Positions 42,130 through 53,579 are shown, numbered from the stretch's first letter. The stretch: 64,000 nt of DNA from Cyanobacteria bacterium J06626_4 (GCA_038523235.1 JBCBJQ010000017.1:21637-85636), one strand, 5' to 3'. Numbers and translations: made by a program. The notes: a model not told the origin generated them from the sequence alone.

Positions 42130-43605
42130 ATGGCAAAAAACCGCTCAATTTATGTGTGCAACAGCTGCGGTGCTGAGTCGTCGCAATATTTCGGCAAATG
42201 CGCTGTCTGCGGCGAGTGGAACACGCTGGTGGAGCAGGTCGCTCCCCCCACTGAAGCCGCCAAGGTGGGGGCGCTGCGCGGGCGATCGCGCACGGCGACG
42301 ACAAAAAAAAGTGCTCAATCCCCTGCCCCGCGCCTGGCATTAACCCTGAATCAGATTGAAGATCGGCCTCAACCGCGCTGTCCTTCCGGCTATGAAGAGT
42401 TGGATCGGGTGCTGGGGGGCGGCATTGTGCCGGGGTCGTTGGTGTTAGTCGGGGGCGATCCCGGTATTGGCAAATCCACCTTGCTGCTGCAGGTCGCCAA
42501 CTATCTGGCCAATCAGACCGGCGTACTGTACGTCTGTGCCGAAGAATCGGGCCAGCAGGTGAAGCTGCGATCGCAACGCTTGGGCATTGGTGGTGCAGAA
42601 GCGCGTGATCCGAAAACTGCAACGGTCTCTAAAACGTCGAAGGGGGTGGCGGCGAGCGATGGTCAACCGGGACTATATCTGCTGCCCGAAGTGGATCTAG
42701 AAACGATTTTGATGGAGTTAGAAGCGCTGAAGCCGACGATTGCCGTGATCGACAGCATTCAAGCGCTGTATTACGGTGCTTTGACCTCGGCACCGGGTTC
42801 AGTATCACAGGTGCGGGAATGTACGTCGGCCCTGATGCAGCTCGCCAAACGGGAAGATATTGCCCTCTTCATCGTGGGGCATGTCACCAAGGAGGGCGCG
42901 ATCGCTGGGCCGAAAGTGCTGGAGCACTTGGTGGATACCGTGCTGTATTTTGAGGGCGATCGCTTTGCCAGCCACCGGTTGCTGCGTTCCGTCAAAAATC
43001 GGTTTGGAGCCACCCACGAACTCGGCATTTTTGAGATGGTTGATCGCGGCCTGCAGGAAGTGCATAACCCCTCAGAACTCTTTTTGGGCAACCGGGATGA
43101 GGCGGTCCCCGGCATCGCAACCATCGTCGCCTGCGAAGGCACGCGCCCCCTTGTGGTCGAACTACAGTCGTTGGTCAGCCCCACTAGCTATAGTTCGCCC
43201 CGGCGATCGACGACCGGCATCGAATTTAGTCGTCTGCTGCAAATCTTGGCGGTGCTAGAAAAGCGGGTGGGCATTCCCCTCTCAAAACTCGATGCTTACG
43301 TTGCCTCATCGGGCGGGTTAAATGTGGGGGAACCCGCCGCTGATCTGGGTATGGCCATTGCGGTGGCGGCGAGCTTTCGCGATCGCGTGGTCGATCCTTA
43401 CACCGTGATTTTGGGTGAGGTTGGTTTGGGGGGTCAAGTGCGACCAGTTTCGCAGCTCGAACTGCGCCTCAAAGAAGCGACTAAACTCGGCTTCAAGCGG
43501 GCGATCGTCCCTAAGGCCCAGGGGGGGATCGCCACGCCGATGGATGTGGTACCGGTCGCCCGGGTGATGGACGCGATCGCGGTGGGGCTCGGCGGCGCTT
43601 CGTAG
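42130..43605 (+). CDS. radA: DNA repair protein RadA/Sms
   Basis: CNSCG..GKCAVC zinc finger, GGDPGIGKST, KNRFG motif, Lon-like C-terminus. Confidence 0.97.
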   Translation: MAKNRSIYVCNSCGAESSQYFGKCAVCGEWNTLVEQVAPPTEAAKVGALRGRSRTATTKKSAQSPAPRLALTLNQIEDRPQPRCPSGYEELDRVLGGGIVPGSLVLVGGDPGIGKSTLLLQVANYLANQTGVLYVCAEESGQQVKLRSQRLGIGGAEARDPKTATVSKTSKGVAASDGQPGLYLLPEVDLETILMELEALKPTIAVIDSIQALYYGALTSAPGSVSQVRECTSALMQLAKREDIALFIVGHVTKEGAIAGPKVLEHLVDTVLYFEGDRFASHRLLRSVKNRFGATHELGIFEMVDRGLQEVHNPSELFLGNRDEAVPGIATIVACEGTRPLVVELQSLVSPTSYSSPRRSTTGIEFSRLLQILAVLEKRVGIPLSKLDAYVASSGGLNVGEPAADLGMAIAVAASFRDRVVDPYTVILGEVGLGGQVRPVSQLELRLKEATKLGFKRAIVPKAQGGIATPMDVVPVARVMDAIAVGLGGAS

Positions 43606-43649
43606 GTCTGGATAGAGGCTCACGGATGTTTGAGCCCTGAGCCTTGGGC

Positions 43650-44687
43650 TTACTCCACCGGTTCCACTTTGCCCATGTAAACCAAAGCGCTGTGAATCAG
43701 GGCGACGACTTCGGCTCGAGTGGCGGGGTCGCTAGGGCGTAATTGACTATCGGCGGTCGCTGCCGGTGTGATGAGGCCAGCGGCGATCGCCGCGGCCACC
43801 TGATCTCTGCCCCAAGCCGGAATCGTATTTTGATCGGTATACCCCTGTAGCAGGGTAGCGGCATCGGTGGGCTGCGGTAGCGAGAGTCCTGTCGCGAGGG
43901 TAACTAACACCTGCAGCCGAGGTACGACTTGGGTGGGCTGAAAGCGACGGTCAGGATACCCCGTCATAAATCCCAACTCGACGGCCTCGTCAATGGTATT
44001 GGCCGCCCAATAATCTGCCGATACGTCAGTAAAGCCAGAGCTCACAGTGCGGGGCGCGACTTCAAAGGCTTGGGCGACCTGGGTAGCGAGTTCGGCCCGA
44101 GTAAGGGGACGGTTAGGGGCAAAGGAACCATCGGGCAGGCCATTGAGCACGCCGCGCGCCGTCAACGCATCAATGTAGGGTTTGGCCCAATTGTCGGCGG
44201 CGACATCGGTAAAGGCGATCGCCGGTCGAATCTTTGGCAAACTGCCGGCGCTGACACTCTCGGGAATTTGGGGATCAGGAACCACTAGGGCCGGTGACTC
44301 TGGGGCTGCCGAACCCTCACTGTCGGTCGCGGTGGTTGCTGACGCTGGAGGGGGGCTAGAAGCACTGCTGCCCGCTGGCTCACTGTTGGGAGACGCCATC
44401 TCTCCGCTGGTTGGTGATGGCGTGATCGTCGGCTCGGGAACAGCGATCGCCCCGTCACCAGAGGCTGCATTGCCTACATTAGTAGGGCTGGCATCGGTGA
44501 TTGCTGGGGGGCTCGTCGCTGAATCAGGCGTCTCGGCTAGCGGTGTGGTGAGACTGGGAAACCCGCCGAAGATGAGCCATCCTCCCAGACCGCCTAAGGT
44601 GCCCAGCGCCACAAAAATCGCTAGCCAGTCGTCTTTATCTTGAGGGCTGCGGGGGGTGGGACGGTTAGGGCCAGAAGGAGTAAACAT
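43650..44687 (-). CDS. S-layer homology (SLH) domain protein with TM anchor and Pro/Ser/Thr linker
   Basis: Three SLH repeats (FTDV..WAK..TRAE; FTDV..YWA..PRLQ; YTD..WG..TRAE). Confidence 0.9.
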   Translation of the reverse strand: MFTPSGPNRPTPRSPQDKDDWLAIFVALGTLGGLGGWLIFGGFPSLTTPLAETPDSATSPPAITDASPTNVGNAASGDGAIAVPEPTITPSPTSGEMASPNSEPAGSSASSPPPASATTATDSEGSAAPESPALVVPDPQIPESVSAGSLPKIRPAIAFTDVAADNWAKPYIDALTARGVLNGLPDGSFAPNRPLTRAELATQVAQAFEVAPRTVSSGFTDVSADYWAANTIDEAVELGFMTGYPDRRFQPTQVVPRLQVLVTLATGLSLPQPTDAATLLQGYTDQNTIPAWGRDQVAAAIAAGLITPAATADSQLRPSDPATRAEVVALIHSALVYMGKVEPVE

Positions 44688-44841
44688 GATATGTTGCCTA
44701 ATCTTGGGGCATGATGGGCTGATGTGACGACATTTTTACAGAAATTGTTGGCTTTGACCTGACAAATGCGGGTGTGATCGGTTAAAAGAATTGAGTGTTC
44801 CATTTCTGTAGATGTAAACCATCGGTTGTGTCAAAAGCCCT

Positions 44842-45564
44842 ATGAAACAAGCTCCCTTAATTGGTTCAGTGACGGCTTTGAGTCTGTTGATGCTGGGCTT
44901 AATCATGAGCCACCAGTCCACCGCGAACAGCCCCCCGTTGCTTGAAAGTCGCAATGCCCACCGCTTGGCAGAATTGAATAAAACGCCACTGCTCAATCCC
45001 TTTCAGTCATTGACGGTGGCCGCCAAATCGCTGCCTTATTTGTCGCGTATGAAGTATGCGATCGCGGCGATTAATCCAGAAATTTTGATTGAAGCAGAGA
45101 CGGTCTTAACCGACGCCGAGGTGAGGCTCACCGGGGTGGGGCCTCTGCACATCGGTATGACGCTCGAAGAGGCGACCGATGCCCTAGGCATGCCAGTGGT
45201 TCCCATTGGCAGCAACATTAGTGGTGAATGCTCCTATTATCAGCCCGAGACCTCAGCTCAAGCGATTGGTTTGATGGTGGTCGATAATCGCGTGATTCGG
45301 GTGGATGTTTGGCCGGGGAGCTCTCTGCCGACGGTCAGCGGTGTCGCCATTGGTTCGTCAGAAGCAGAGCTGCGGGAGATTTATCCCGATCAGCTGGAAG
45401 CGACGCCGAATCCTTATACCCAGGGAGAATTTCTGACCCTAGTGCCCAACGATCCAGAGCTATCGCTCTATCGTTTGGTGTTTGAAACCGACGACCAAGG
45501 CGACGTAGTGCAGTATCGCACAGGACAGTTTCCCGCTGTGACCTGGCCAGATGGGTGCGTGTAG
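44842..45564 (+). CDS. Secreted hypothetical protein
   Basis: Signal peptide; GVGPLHIGMT, GVAIGSSEAEL; C-terminal DGCV with a second Cys upstream. Confidence 0.75.
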   Translation: MKQAPLIGSVTALSLLMLGLIMSHQSTANSPPLLESRNAHRLAELNKTPLLNPFQSLTVAAKSLPYLSRMKYAIAAINPEILIEAETVLTDAEVRLTGVGPLHIGMTLEEATDALGMPVVPIGSNISGECSYYQPETSAQAIGLMVVDNRVIRVDVWPGSSLPTVSGVAIGSSEAELREIYPDQLEATPNPYTQGEFLTLVPNDPELSLYRLVFETDDQGDVVQYRTGQFPAVTWPDGCV

Positions 45565-45757
45565 GCGACTTCTGAGCAAGCAGACATCATTACTGTCAGG
45601 GCGGATTGCGCCCAAAATCCTGGGGTCATCACGACGAGATATCGACAAACCCGACGTTTCTGCAGATGTCGTCTGAGCCAGAAATCTCCTTGGAATCAAA
45701 CCTCCAAGAGACGCCAGCTAGACGCTAGATTGTGAGGGATGCCTTCAGGTCTGTGTA

Positions 45758-47878
45758 ATGTCTAATCGGTTGGCCCAAGCCCAAAGCCTTTACCTACGAA
45801 AACACGCCGATAATCCGGTGGATTGGTGGCCTTGGTGTGACGAAGCGTTGGCGATCGCCCAGCGCGATCACAAACCTATTTTTCTCTCCATTGGCTACTC
45901 TAGCTGCCACTGGTGCACTGTGATGGAAGGCGAAGCGTTCTCCGATGGGGCGATCGCTGACTATCTCAACAGCCACTTTCTACCGATCAAGGTTGATCGC
46001 GAAGAGCGGCCCGACATTGACAGCATTTACATGCAGGCACTACAAATGATGGTCGGTCAGGGTGGCTGGCCGCTCAATATTTTTCTCTCGCCAGATGATT
46101 TAGTGCCCTTTTATGGCGGGACTTACTTTCCGGTTGAGCCTAAGTATGGCAGACCTGGCTTCTTACAGGTATTGCAGGCACTGCGCCAATATTTCGATAC
46201 TGAACCGGACAAGTTGGGTGCAGTGAAAGCCGAAATTTTAGAGAACCTGCAGCGGTCAGCGGCGTTGCCTGCCCATCAGGATTTGAGCCAGGCGATATTA
46301 GAGCAGGGCTGTGAAGCCAGCGCCCGAATTTTAGCGCCGACTCGCACGGGCAATCAGTTTCCGATGATTCCCTATGCGATCGCGACCTTGCGGGGGGGGC
46401 GATTTGCGGCTGGCGCTGACCCTGTCGAGGTCAGAGAGAACGCTACGAATACTGAAGCGGGGGAAGAACCACAACTCGATAGCCGGGTGTTAGCGACCCG
46501 ACGCGGCACCGATTTGGCCTTGGGCGGCATCTTTGACCATGTGGCTGGCGGCTTTCATCGCTACACCGTTGATGCCACCTGGACGGTACCCCATTTTGAA
46601 AAGATGCTCTACGACAACGGCCAGATTATGGAATTTTTGGCCGAACTGTGGAGTGCCGGCGAGCAAGAACCGGCTTTTGAGCGGGCGATCGACCTCACCC
46701 ACCAGTGGCTTGTCCGTGAGATGACCGCACCCGCAGGCTATTTTTACGCGGCTCAAGATGCTGACAGCTTCGCCACTCCCAGCGACCTAGAGCCAGAAGA
46801 AGGGGCTTTCTACGTTTGGCGCTATGACGAGCTGCAAGCGTTGCCTGCCGCGGCACTCACTGCCCTGAGCGAACAGTTCACGGTTTCCGTGGCGGGTAAT
46901 TTTGAAGGACACAACGTGCTCCAACGCCGCCAACCGGGGACCTTAGATGAGCCGACAGAAGCCGCGCTAGCGGCGCTGTTTGCCGGGCGTTATGGTCAAG
47001 CTCCCACAGACATCACAACGTTTCCGCCCGCCCGCAATAATGCCGTCGCTAAAGCTCATTCTTGGTCTGCGCGCATTCCGGCGGTGACGGATACCAAAAT
47101 GATCGTCGCCTGGAATAGCCTGATGATTTCGGGTTTAGCGCGGGCTGCCGCTGTGTTTGATCAGCAGGCTTACTACGAGATGGCAGCGCGCGCGGCTGAT
47201 TTCATTTTGCAAAATCAGTGGCTGGCCGGGCGGCTGCATCGGCTCAACTACGAGGGCACTGTCGCGGTACCCGCCCAATCGGAAGACTATGCCCTGCTGA
47301 TCAAAGCGCTGCTGGACTTGCATCAGGCTGCTAACCGCTGGCCAGCAGTCGCGGCGACAGCGACCTGGCACCGTCATGCGATGGTGACTCAGGCGGAGTT
47401 TGATCAAGGGTTGTGGAGCGCTGAGATCGGCGGCTACTACAATACAGCCACTGATGCTAGCGATCGCCTCTTGGTGCGAGAACGCACCTATCAAGACAGC
47501 GCGACCCCGTCGGCCAATGGCATCGCGATCGCGAACTTGGTGCGGCTGGCTCTGCTAACGGAAGATCTGAGCTATCTTGATCGCGCCGATCAAGGATTGC
47601 AGGCTTTTGGCGTCGTGATGTCGCAAATGCCCCGCGCTTGCCCGTCTCTCTTCAGTGCGTTGGATTGGTTTCGCCATGCCACCTTGGTCAAAGCCCCGCC
47701 TCAGCTGCTATCGACACTGGTCACCCAACATAGCCCCACTGCTCTGTTCCGCGCTGATGACACACTGCCTGCTCATACGGTCGGGTTGGTGTGCGAAGGG
47801 CTCTATTGCAAGGCCCCTGCTACCGACGAAGCGATGCTGCGATCGCAGCTGCAGGCGAGTCAACGGCGTTCTGGGTGA
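45758..47878 (+). CDS. Thioredoxin-domain protein, YyaL/SSP411 family
   Basis: [49 protein letters not shown]. Confidence 0.95.
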   Translation: MSNRLAQAQSLYLRKHADNPVDWWPWCDEALAIAQRDHKPIFLSIGYSSCHWCTVMEGEAFSDGAIADYLNSHFLPIKVDREERPDIDSIYMQALQMMVGQGGWPLNIFLSPDDLVPFYGGTYFPVEPKYGRPGFLQVLQALRQYFDTEPDKLGAVKAEILENLQRSAALPAHQDLSQAILEQGCEASARILAPTRTGNQFPMIPYAIATLRGGRFAAGADPVEVRENATNTEAGEEPQLDSRVLATRRGTDLALGGIFDHVAGGFHRYTVDATWTVPHFEKMLYDNGQIMEFLAELWSAGEQEPAFERAIDLTHQWLVREMTAPAGYFYAAQDADSFATPSDLEPEEGAFYVWRYDELQALPAAALTALSEQFTVSVAGNFEGHNVLQRRQPGTLDEPTEAALAALFAGRYGQAPTDITTFPPARNNAVAKAHSWSARIPAVTDTKMIVAWNSLMISGLARAAAVFDQQAYYEMAARAADFILQNQWLAGRLHRLNYEGTVAVPAQSEDYALLIKALLDLHQAANRWPAVAATATWHRHAMVTQAEFDQGLWSAEIGGYYNTATDASDRLLVRERTYQDSATPSANGIAIANLVRLALLTEDLSYLDRADQGLQAFGVVMSQMPRACPSLFSALDWFRHATLVKAPPQLLSTLVTQHSPTALFRADDTLPAHTVGLVCEGLYCKAPATDEAMLRSQLQASQRRSG

Positions 47879-48023
47879 GCTGCCCAGTGAGGCTACTTTA
47901 TTGAGTGGGCTGTGGTTCTTGGTTCTTTGGCCCCTGGCCTGAGGCTAGTGGTCTGTCAGTTCTCAATTTGTGGGTTGTTGACTTTCAGAACGATGGCAAT
48001 CCGGATTGATTCCTGTCGGGCAA

Positions 48024-48040
48024 ACGGGCAAGATGCCCGT
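48024..48040. repeat. REP-like hairpin
   Basis: ACGGGCA-AGA-TGCCCGT perfect stem in the gap between convergent genes. Confidence 0.55.
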
Positions 48041-48124
48041 CCAAACAAGACATCTGCTCTGCAATTTTGAGGACGCACCAATTTAAACTTGGCGTTGCAC
48101 TAGAGAAGCAGCGCTTTCTTTCCC

Positions 48125-48159
48125 GGTCTCTCCACATTTCCTGATGCTATGGAGAGACC
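48125..48159. terminator. Stem-loop between convergent genes (possible terminator)
   Basis: GGTCTCTCCA...TGGAGAGACC 10-bp perfect stem. Confidence 0.45.
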
Positions 48160-48190
48160 AATGGGTGGCAAAACGGCTTGCTCGCTGGCC

Positions 48191-49666
48191 CTAGGTGTGG
48201 CTGACAACGCGCAGGGTCTTTAACTCAGGGTCAGCGGTGCCGGTGATGACGCCACCCGAGCGATGAATTTGTTGTAGTTGAGCGATCGCCGCAGCGGTAA
48301 TCCGTTCCCCAGGTAGCAACAGCGGGATGCCGGGTGGATAGGCACAGAGCGTATCGACGCCAAGGTGACCAACCGCGTCGGCGATCGCCGACGTTTGACA
48401 GGGGGCAAAAAAGGCATCACGGGGCGTCATCGGCGGTTGCGAGATCGCCGCAATCGAGTCAGCCATGGAAAAAACCGGTGTCGCTGGTGCGCGGGGTAAT
48501 TGAGGGGATTGGGCGATTAGCTCGCTGCAGGCGGCCACTAAGCGATCGCCATCGGCGCGGGTATTGCCCAAACTCAAAATAAAGGCGAGCTGTCGTTGGG
48601 TGGGTAGTTCAGCGGTGACGCCGTGGGCATGCAAAAATTCGTCGGCGGTAAATCCCGTGAGCTGCAGCTCTGAGACGTCAATTACCAGTCGAGTCAGGTC
48701 AAGCTGAAACTGATCGGTCTGAGCGATGATTGCCTCAGCGGTCAGGGGCGCCAGCGATGTTAAATTACCCAGGCGCGATCGCACGTCGTCGGCCAGGGCT
48801 AACGTTTGTGTCATGAGTGCTTCGCCTTGTGTGGCCATTTGATGACGAGCAGCATCAAGAGATGCCAGCAGCCAATAGTTTGGACTCGTGGATTGGGTCA
48901 ACTGCAGCGCCTGTTGTAGGCGATCGCGGTCAACCCGTTGACCTTGCACATGCAGCATTGAGGCTTGTGTCAGCGCGCCGAGCACCTTGTGAGTAGATTG
49001 AATGACGATATCCGCGCCCCCGGCGATCGCGCCGTTGGGCAATTGCGGATGAAAGCTCAGGTGGGCACCGTGGGCCTCATCAACAATCAGGACGGCATTG
49101 TGCGCGTGAACCTGCTGGGCGATCGCCGCGATATCGGCACAGATACCGTGATAGCTGGGGGAAACGACAACGACGGCGCGAATTTTGGGCTGGGCTGCCA
49201 GGGCTTGCGCAACCTGGTGTGCTGTCACCCCCCAAGCTAGATCCCAACGGTGGTCGTGCTGGGGCGCGAGATAAACGGGGGCGGCTCCGGACAGCACTAG
49301 CGCGGCTAAAACCGACTGATGAGCATTCCGCGGCACCAGAATTTGATGACCCGGCGAGCAGACCGCTAACACGGCTGCCTCGATGCCGCAGGTCGAACCG
49401 TTGGCTAAAAAGTAGGTAGCCTCGGCGCCAAAGGTGTGGGCTGCCAACTCCTGCGCCTGTTGAATCGGGCCTGAGGGCGCAAACAGATTGTCGAGCTCGG
49501 GCAGTTCCGGCAAATCTGCCCGCAAAGCGGCGGCTCCCAGCAAATTTTGCAGCGGTGTGGCGGCCCCTTGCCCCCCTTTGTGGCCAGGGGCATAAAAGGC
49601 GGCGTGTGGTCGGGCGGCTGCGATCGCGAGGGCAGTCAGCAAAGGCGTTTCGTCAAAATCGGGCAT
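48191..49666 (-). CDS. Orn/Lys/Arg decarboxylase (PLP, class I)
   Basis: FYAPGHKGG, NGSTCG, PRNAHQS, VDEAHGAH, QSTHK (PLP lysine), YPPGIPLL. Confidence 0.93.
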   Translation of the reverse strand: MPDFDETPLLTALAIAAARPHAAFYAPGHKGGQGAATPLQNLLGAAALRADLPELPELDNLFAPSGPIQQAQELAAHTFGAEATYFLANGSTCGIEAAVLAVCSPGHQILVPRNAHQSVLAALVLSGAAPVYLAPQHDHRWDLAWGVTAHQVAQALAAQPKIRAVVVVSPSYHGICADIAAIAQQVHAHNAVLIVDEAHGAHLSFHPQLPNGAIAGGADIVIQSTHKVLGALTQASMLHVQGQRVDRDRLQQALQLTQSTSPNYWLLASLDAARHQMATQGEALMTQTLALADDVRSRLGNLTSLAPLTAEAIIAQTDQFQLDLTRLVIDVSELQLTGFTADEFLHAHGVTAELPTQRQLAFILSLGNTRADGDRLVAACSELIAQSPQLPRAPATPVFSMADSIAAISQPPMTPRDAFFAPCQTSAIADAVGHLGVDTLCAYPPGIPLLLPGERITAAAIAQLQQIHRSGGVITGTADPELKTLRVVSHT

Positions 49667-49870
49667 GCACAGTTAAGGGGATGTCATCGAGCAGATTACC
49701 TCAAGCCGTGATATCCCTGCTTCGATTGTGAGACAAAATTGTAGCTATGCAAAAGTAGAGCCGCACTCAAGTACGACTCATCGTCATGACAGCTGCTCGA
49801 CCATGCTGTCGAATTAATTTAAGCCTGCTTACAAGGCGCGGCCACCACAAAGCACCCGCTAACCGCTGTC

Positions 49871-50254
49871 CTAGTGGCCCGAATAAGCTGGTTCAGCCGC
49901 AGTTGGCTTCGAAACGCGGGTTTCCATATATTCGAGCCACAGCTCAGCCAACTCTTCGGCCTGCATCCGCCAATCGGGATTCAGACGATACATGCGCCGC
50001 GGCCGACCGCGACCATCGACCTTCTGCCAATATCCATCAATGGCTTCTTGCACTTCTAGAAACTTCAACGCGCTATAGAGCACGGTGTCTGACAGGCGAT
50101 AGTCGTGGTAGTTGCTGGCGAGCTTCTTGATCAGCTCGGTGCCGTAGGAATCTTGCTGCAATAGCACGGCCAACACATAGCAAACTGCCAGCTCTTTATT
50201 TAGATAAATGGGGGGAGGATTTTCAAAAAACTGATAAATATCTTGAAATTTCAT
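49871..50254 (-). CDS. pex: PadR-family circadian period-extender Pex
   Basis: DIYQFFENPPPIYLNKELAVCYVL, SYGTELI, LSDTVLYSALKFL, GRGRPRRMY. Confidence 0.9.
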   Translation of the reverse strand: MKFQDIYQFFENPPPIYLNKELAVCYVLAVLLQQDSYGTELIKKLASNYHDYRLSDTVLYSALKFLEVQEAIDGYWQKVDGRGRPRRMYRLNPDWRMQAEELAELWLEYMETRVSKPTAAEPAYSGH

Positions 50255-50630
50255 CGGATTTCTCCTGACTTTTTAAGAACTAGCATTGATCAGCGACAAG
50301 CGCCGGGTTTTTATATCAAGCTTGGTTTTTGAGTGGACGAGCTAATTAGGGCTTCATTGAGTCCCGTAACCCACATCAATAGTCTGTTTTAGGCGTGTCC
50401 AAAGGCGTCCGTTGCCTACTAGCTCATTGACACAACAAACGAAACCACGGGTAAGTACCATGATCCCGACGTTAGTCTTAAGAGTTTTCTAGGCTGGTAG
50501 GTTAATTTTAAGCACTGATGTTTACAAAAAGCGTCTTTAGTGACGAGATAGTTACTATCCGCAAATCTTGTAGACATTCTTAAATTATTCTGTCCAGAGA
50601 ATATTCGTTGACCGGATCCAATTGACCGCT

Positions 50631-52055
50631 CTAAGGAGCATTATTGAGCCGCTCAAAACCGTCGGGGCGTTCATTCTCTGGTGGGTCTGGCGGCAAAGTG
50701 TCAGTGCGTAGTAGGACTTGCCCATTGCCCACCGCAAATAATTCGACTTGTAAAGGCCCAATGGTGTAAATGGGCTCTGAAGCAATTACTTGTATGTCGA
50801 TCGCCCCAGTCAGGTCATTCATGCCTTCAACAAAGGCAATGAGTGCCTCGGTGCGACCCTCGGCTACCTGTAAGGTTTCGCCCACGATGCCATCTTGGCG
50901 GGCGCGAAACTGCAGCGAGGCCAGCAGCAAATTGAGCTTTTCCACCAGTTCTTGGTTGGTCAAGTCGCGAGGGTCAAGGCTAACAGAGGCCAACTGTTCG
51001 CCGGGCTCATAGATGATTTCGTTAACGGCGGCATCGATAAATACCTGCACACAGGGATCGCCATTCGCCACAACGCAGGGCTCACCGATGATATAGTTGG
51101 CGGCCGATCGCACTCGGACGACGTAGGGTGCACCATTGCTAATGCGCTCAATCAGGCGATCAGCATCTTCTCGGGGAATGAGAATCACCGGGCGATCGCG
51201 GTCAATGCCGGGTGCGATTTCCTGAATGGCTTGCCGATTGGCCTCTCGCAGCAACTGGTCGACGGCGCGGCGAGCATCAGCGCGATCTCGCACCCGCATC
51301 AGCACCGATACCAAAGACTGGTTGCGCCCCACCGCGACACTGCCGCGAAAGAGTCCTTCATATTGCCGTTCTAAGGCCGTCACGTCAGCTTGTAGACTAG
51401 CCTGCTGCAACTGCAGCTCGCTGAGCCGCTGCTCGCGCTGAGCAATATCGCGATCGCGCTCCTCAATGGTGCGATCGCGCTCGGCAATCTGCGTTCGTAC
51501 TGTAGTTTGCTGCTGCAATAACCCGGCTCGCTCCGCCTCCAACCGCTGAATCTCCTGCTGCAGCTGTGCCGACTGCCGTGAAACATTGCCCAATTGCCCC
51601 TGCAGCGTTTCCAGACGGGTGCGCGATTCCTGTAGCTCTGATTCCGTAGTGCGCTGTTGCTGCACTGCCTGCTGTAGAAACTGGTTGATATCTTCCAGGT
51701 CGCCCTCCGCCTGTCGCTGCTCTTGGCGAGCGGTAGTGAGGGCGGACTCAATGCCGTCTTTTTGCTGTTGGGTATTGTCGAGGTCAGTTTTGGCCTGTTC
51801 TAAATCAGACTGAATTTGCTCCAGCTCAAACACGCCAGTGCGCAGCTGTTGGCTGACCCCAAACAGCAATCCGAGGGTGGAAGCAGAAATAACTGCGCCG
51901 GTCAAAATGCTGACGACGGTCGCTGTTTGCCGAGGACGGAGGTTAAAAAGACTGAGGCGGGCCTTGCCAACGCGCATGCCAATGCGATCGCCCAGCGTAG
52001 CAATCACCCCTCCCAAAATTAATACGGCTAAAACCAGGACGTATCCTGTGGCCAT
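50631..52055 (-). CDS. DUF3084 coiled-coil membrane protein
   Basis: GGVIATLGDRIGMRVGKARLSLFNLRPRQTA followed by a long coiled coil; lies downstream of ntcA. Confidence 0.9.
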   Translation of the reverse strand: MATGYVLVLAVLILGGVIATLGDRIGMRVGKARLSLFNLRPRQTATVVSILTGAVISASTLGLLFGVSQQLRTGVFELEQIQSDLEQAKTDLDNTQQQKDGIESALTTARQEQRQAEGDLEDINQFLQQAVQQQRTTESELQESRTRLETLQGQLGNVSRQSAQLQQEIQRLEAERAGLLQQQTTVRTQIAERDRTIEERDRDIAQREQRLSELQLQQASLQADVTALERQYEGLFRGSVAVGRNQSLVSVLMRVRDRADARRAVDQLLREANRQAIQEIAPGIDRDRPVILIPREDADRLIERISNGAPYVVRVRSAANYIIGEPCVVANGDPCVQVFIDAAVNEIIYEPGEQLASVSLDPRDLTNQELVEKLNLLLASLQFRARQDGIVGETLQVAEGRTEALIAFVEGMNDLTGAIDIQVIASEPIYTIGPLQVELFAVGNGQVLLRTDTLPPDPPENERPDGFERLNNAP

Positions 52056-52102
52056 GCCTCGTTACCTGCAGTTCAAATCCACTCTACTGCACTGGTTTGC
52101 AA

Positions 52103-52774
52103 TCAAGTGAACTGTTGACTGAGATTAACCGGGTCGTGAACGGTGATCTTCTTTTTGTGGATAGCAATCATGCCTTCTTGGCGCAGATCGCCTAGCAGGC
52201 GAGTCACGGTCACTCGCGTCGAGCCAATGGCTTCAGCGATCGCCTGGTGCGATAATTTGAGGTCGATGGTGATGCCATCGGAACTGGGTAGGCCAAAATC
52301 GCGGCAGAGAATCAGTAAGAAACTGACGAGGCGCGACCCCATATCGCGGTGGGCTAACGTCTCAATCATCATTTCAGTCTGCAGAATGCGTGATGACAGA
52401 CCTTTGAGCATGACCATGGCCAACTCAGGATTTTCGGTGAGGGCCGGCTGCACCTGATCAATTGGTAGGGAAAGGAGCTCAACTGGAGTAAAGGCGACGG
52501 CGTGATAGAAGCGATCGGAGCGCTCACCGGTGATGAGGGATAAAACCCCAAACACACTATTTTCGCGCAGGAGGGCCACTGTGATCTCTTCGCCAATTTC
52601 ATAGACGCGCGAGAGCTTGACGGCACCCTTCATTAAAAAATAGACGCGCTCTGCCGGATCGCCTGGAAAAAAGATCGTTTTTCCTCGCTCATAGGTTTCC
52701 ACCATGGGTGGAAAGGCCCCACCGGCAAGCTGTCGAAACGCATTGGCTAAAGGTTTATCCGGTGCTGCCACCAT
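52103..52774 (-). CDS. ntcA: Global nitrogen regulator NtcA
   Basis: [54 protein letters not shown]. Confidence 0.98.
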   Translation of the reverse strand: MVAAPDKPLANAFRQLAGGAFPPMVETYERGKTIFFPGDPAERVYFLMKGAVKLSRVYEIGEEITVALLRENSVFGVLSLITGERSDRFYHAVAFTPVELLSLPIDQVQPALTENPELAMVMLKGLSSRILQTEMMIETLAHRDMGSRLVSFLLILCRDFGLPSSDGITIDLKLSHQAIAEAIGSTRVTVTRLLGDLRQEGMIAIHKKKITVHDPVNLSQQFT

Positions 52775-52946
52775 CTTGAGTTCACTCTCGTCTGCTAGAA
52801 CCGCACATTTTAGTCTTTAGTAAGTCTAGTGAAAATTAATATAGAAGAATGAGCCAGCTAGAACCGGTCGCTCCCCTCAACTTTTCAAAAGATACAGACC
52901 GCTGTGTATTGGATATCAATTAACGCGACTTATAAGAATAGCTTTT

Positions 52947-52960
52947 GTATCGATCAATAC
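52947..52960. promoter_or_regulatory. NtcA-binding site upstream of ntcA
   Basis: GTATCGATCAATAC = GTA-N8-TAC, about 170 nt upstream of the ntcA start. Confidence 0.7.
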
Positions 52961-53522
52961 CCAATTATGGCAAACCTCTGAGAAAGTCGTTTATTTTTCC
53001 TAGACATTGACATATTCCATTCAAATTACGGTTCGGCTTACCTCGACTTCTGGTGTGTTCTGAAATGGCGATGCTGGCGATCGCTCAGCAATCAGCATCA
53101 TTGAGACTGACGCAACGCCCCTGCATCTCTTCAACTTGGGGAAACGTAGCAGCGCTTGCGCTCAGAGTGCAGGCTAGAGACCGAAACTGCAGGCAACTCC
53201 GCCAGTCCTATTTATAAAGGATGTCTGGTCGGCATGCTGGCGGCCTAGATGCTGCTGCAGACGGAATCTAGGCCAAAGAGGCTTGGTGATGACTCCAGGG
53301 TTTAGGGGCGTTGGGAGAAAAGGACGCTAACGGCATCGCTATTTGGCTGCACCGCTGACACAATCCTAAATATCTATCAGGTGAGCCCAGATTTGGGCCG
53401 AGACTGACGAGTCTTACGTTTCTGGTTGCATGAGTCTTGCGAAATGTTGACACCCTTGATTGGCTGCCATTGTTATATGTCGCTTGGGTGATCGCAATGC
53501 CTCTGAGGGCAAAGCTTTCGCT

Positions 53523-53547
53523 ATACCCGATAAAAAGAGTCGGGTAT
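53523..53547. promoter_or_regulatory. Palindromic Rrf2/IscR-type operator upstream of thrC
   Basis: ATACCCGA-N9-TCGGGTAT perfect 8-bp arms; 22/25 to the recalled IscR type-1 consensus. Confidence 0.6.
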
Positions 53548-53549
53548 GT

Positions 53550-53579
53550 TTGACCCTGTTTTTGGCGCTGTGCTACTAT
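53550..53579 (+). promoter_or_regulatory. Sigma70-type promoter of thrC-moaD
   Basis: TTGACC-N18-TACTAT with an extended -10 TG. Confidence 0.6.

Noticed and set aside
42023..42622. 199-aa minus-strand ORF over the radA 5' end
   Set aside because: Antisense to radA with no recognisable motifs.
46400..46485. Acidic insertion in the YyaL protein as an intein or mobile insert
   Set aside because: Short low-complexity loop with no intein motifs or terminal repeats.
52068..52090. GTTCAAATCC T-loop-like string suggesting a tRNA
   Set aside because: No cloverleaf or acceptor stem, and the spacer is only 47 nt.
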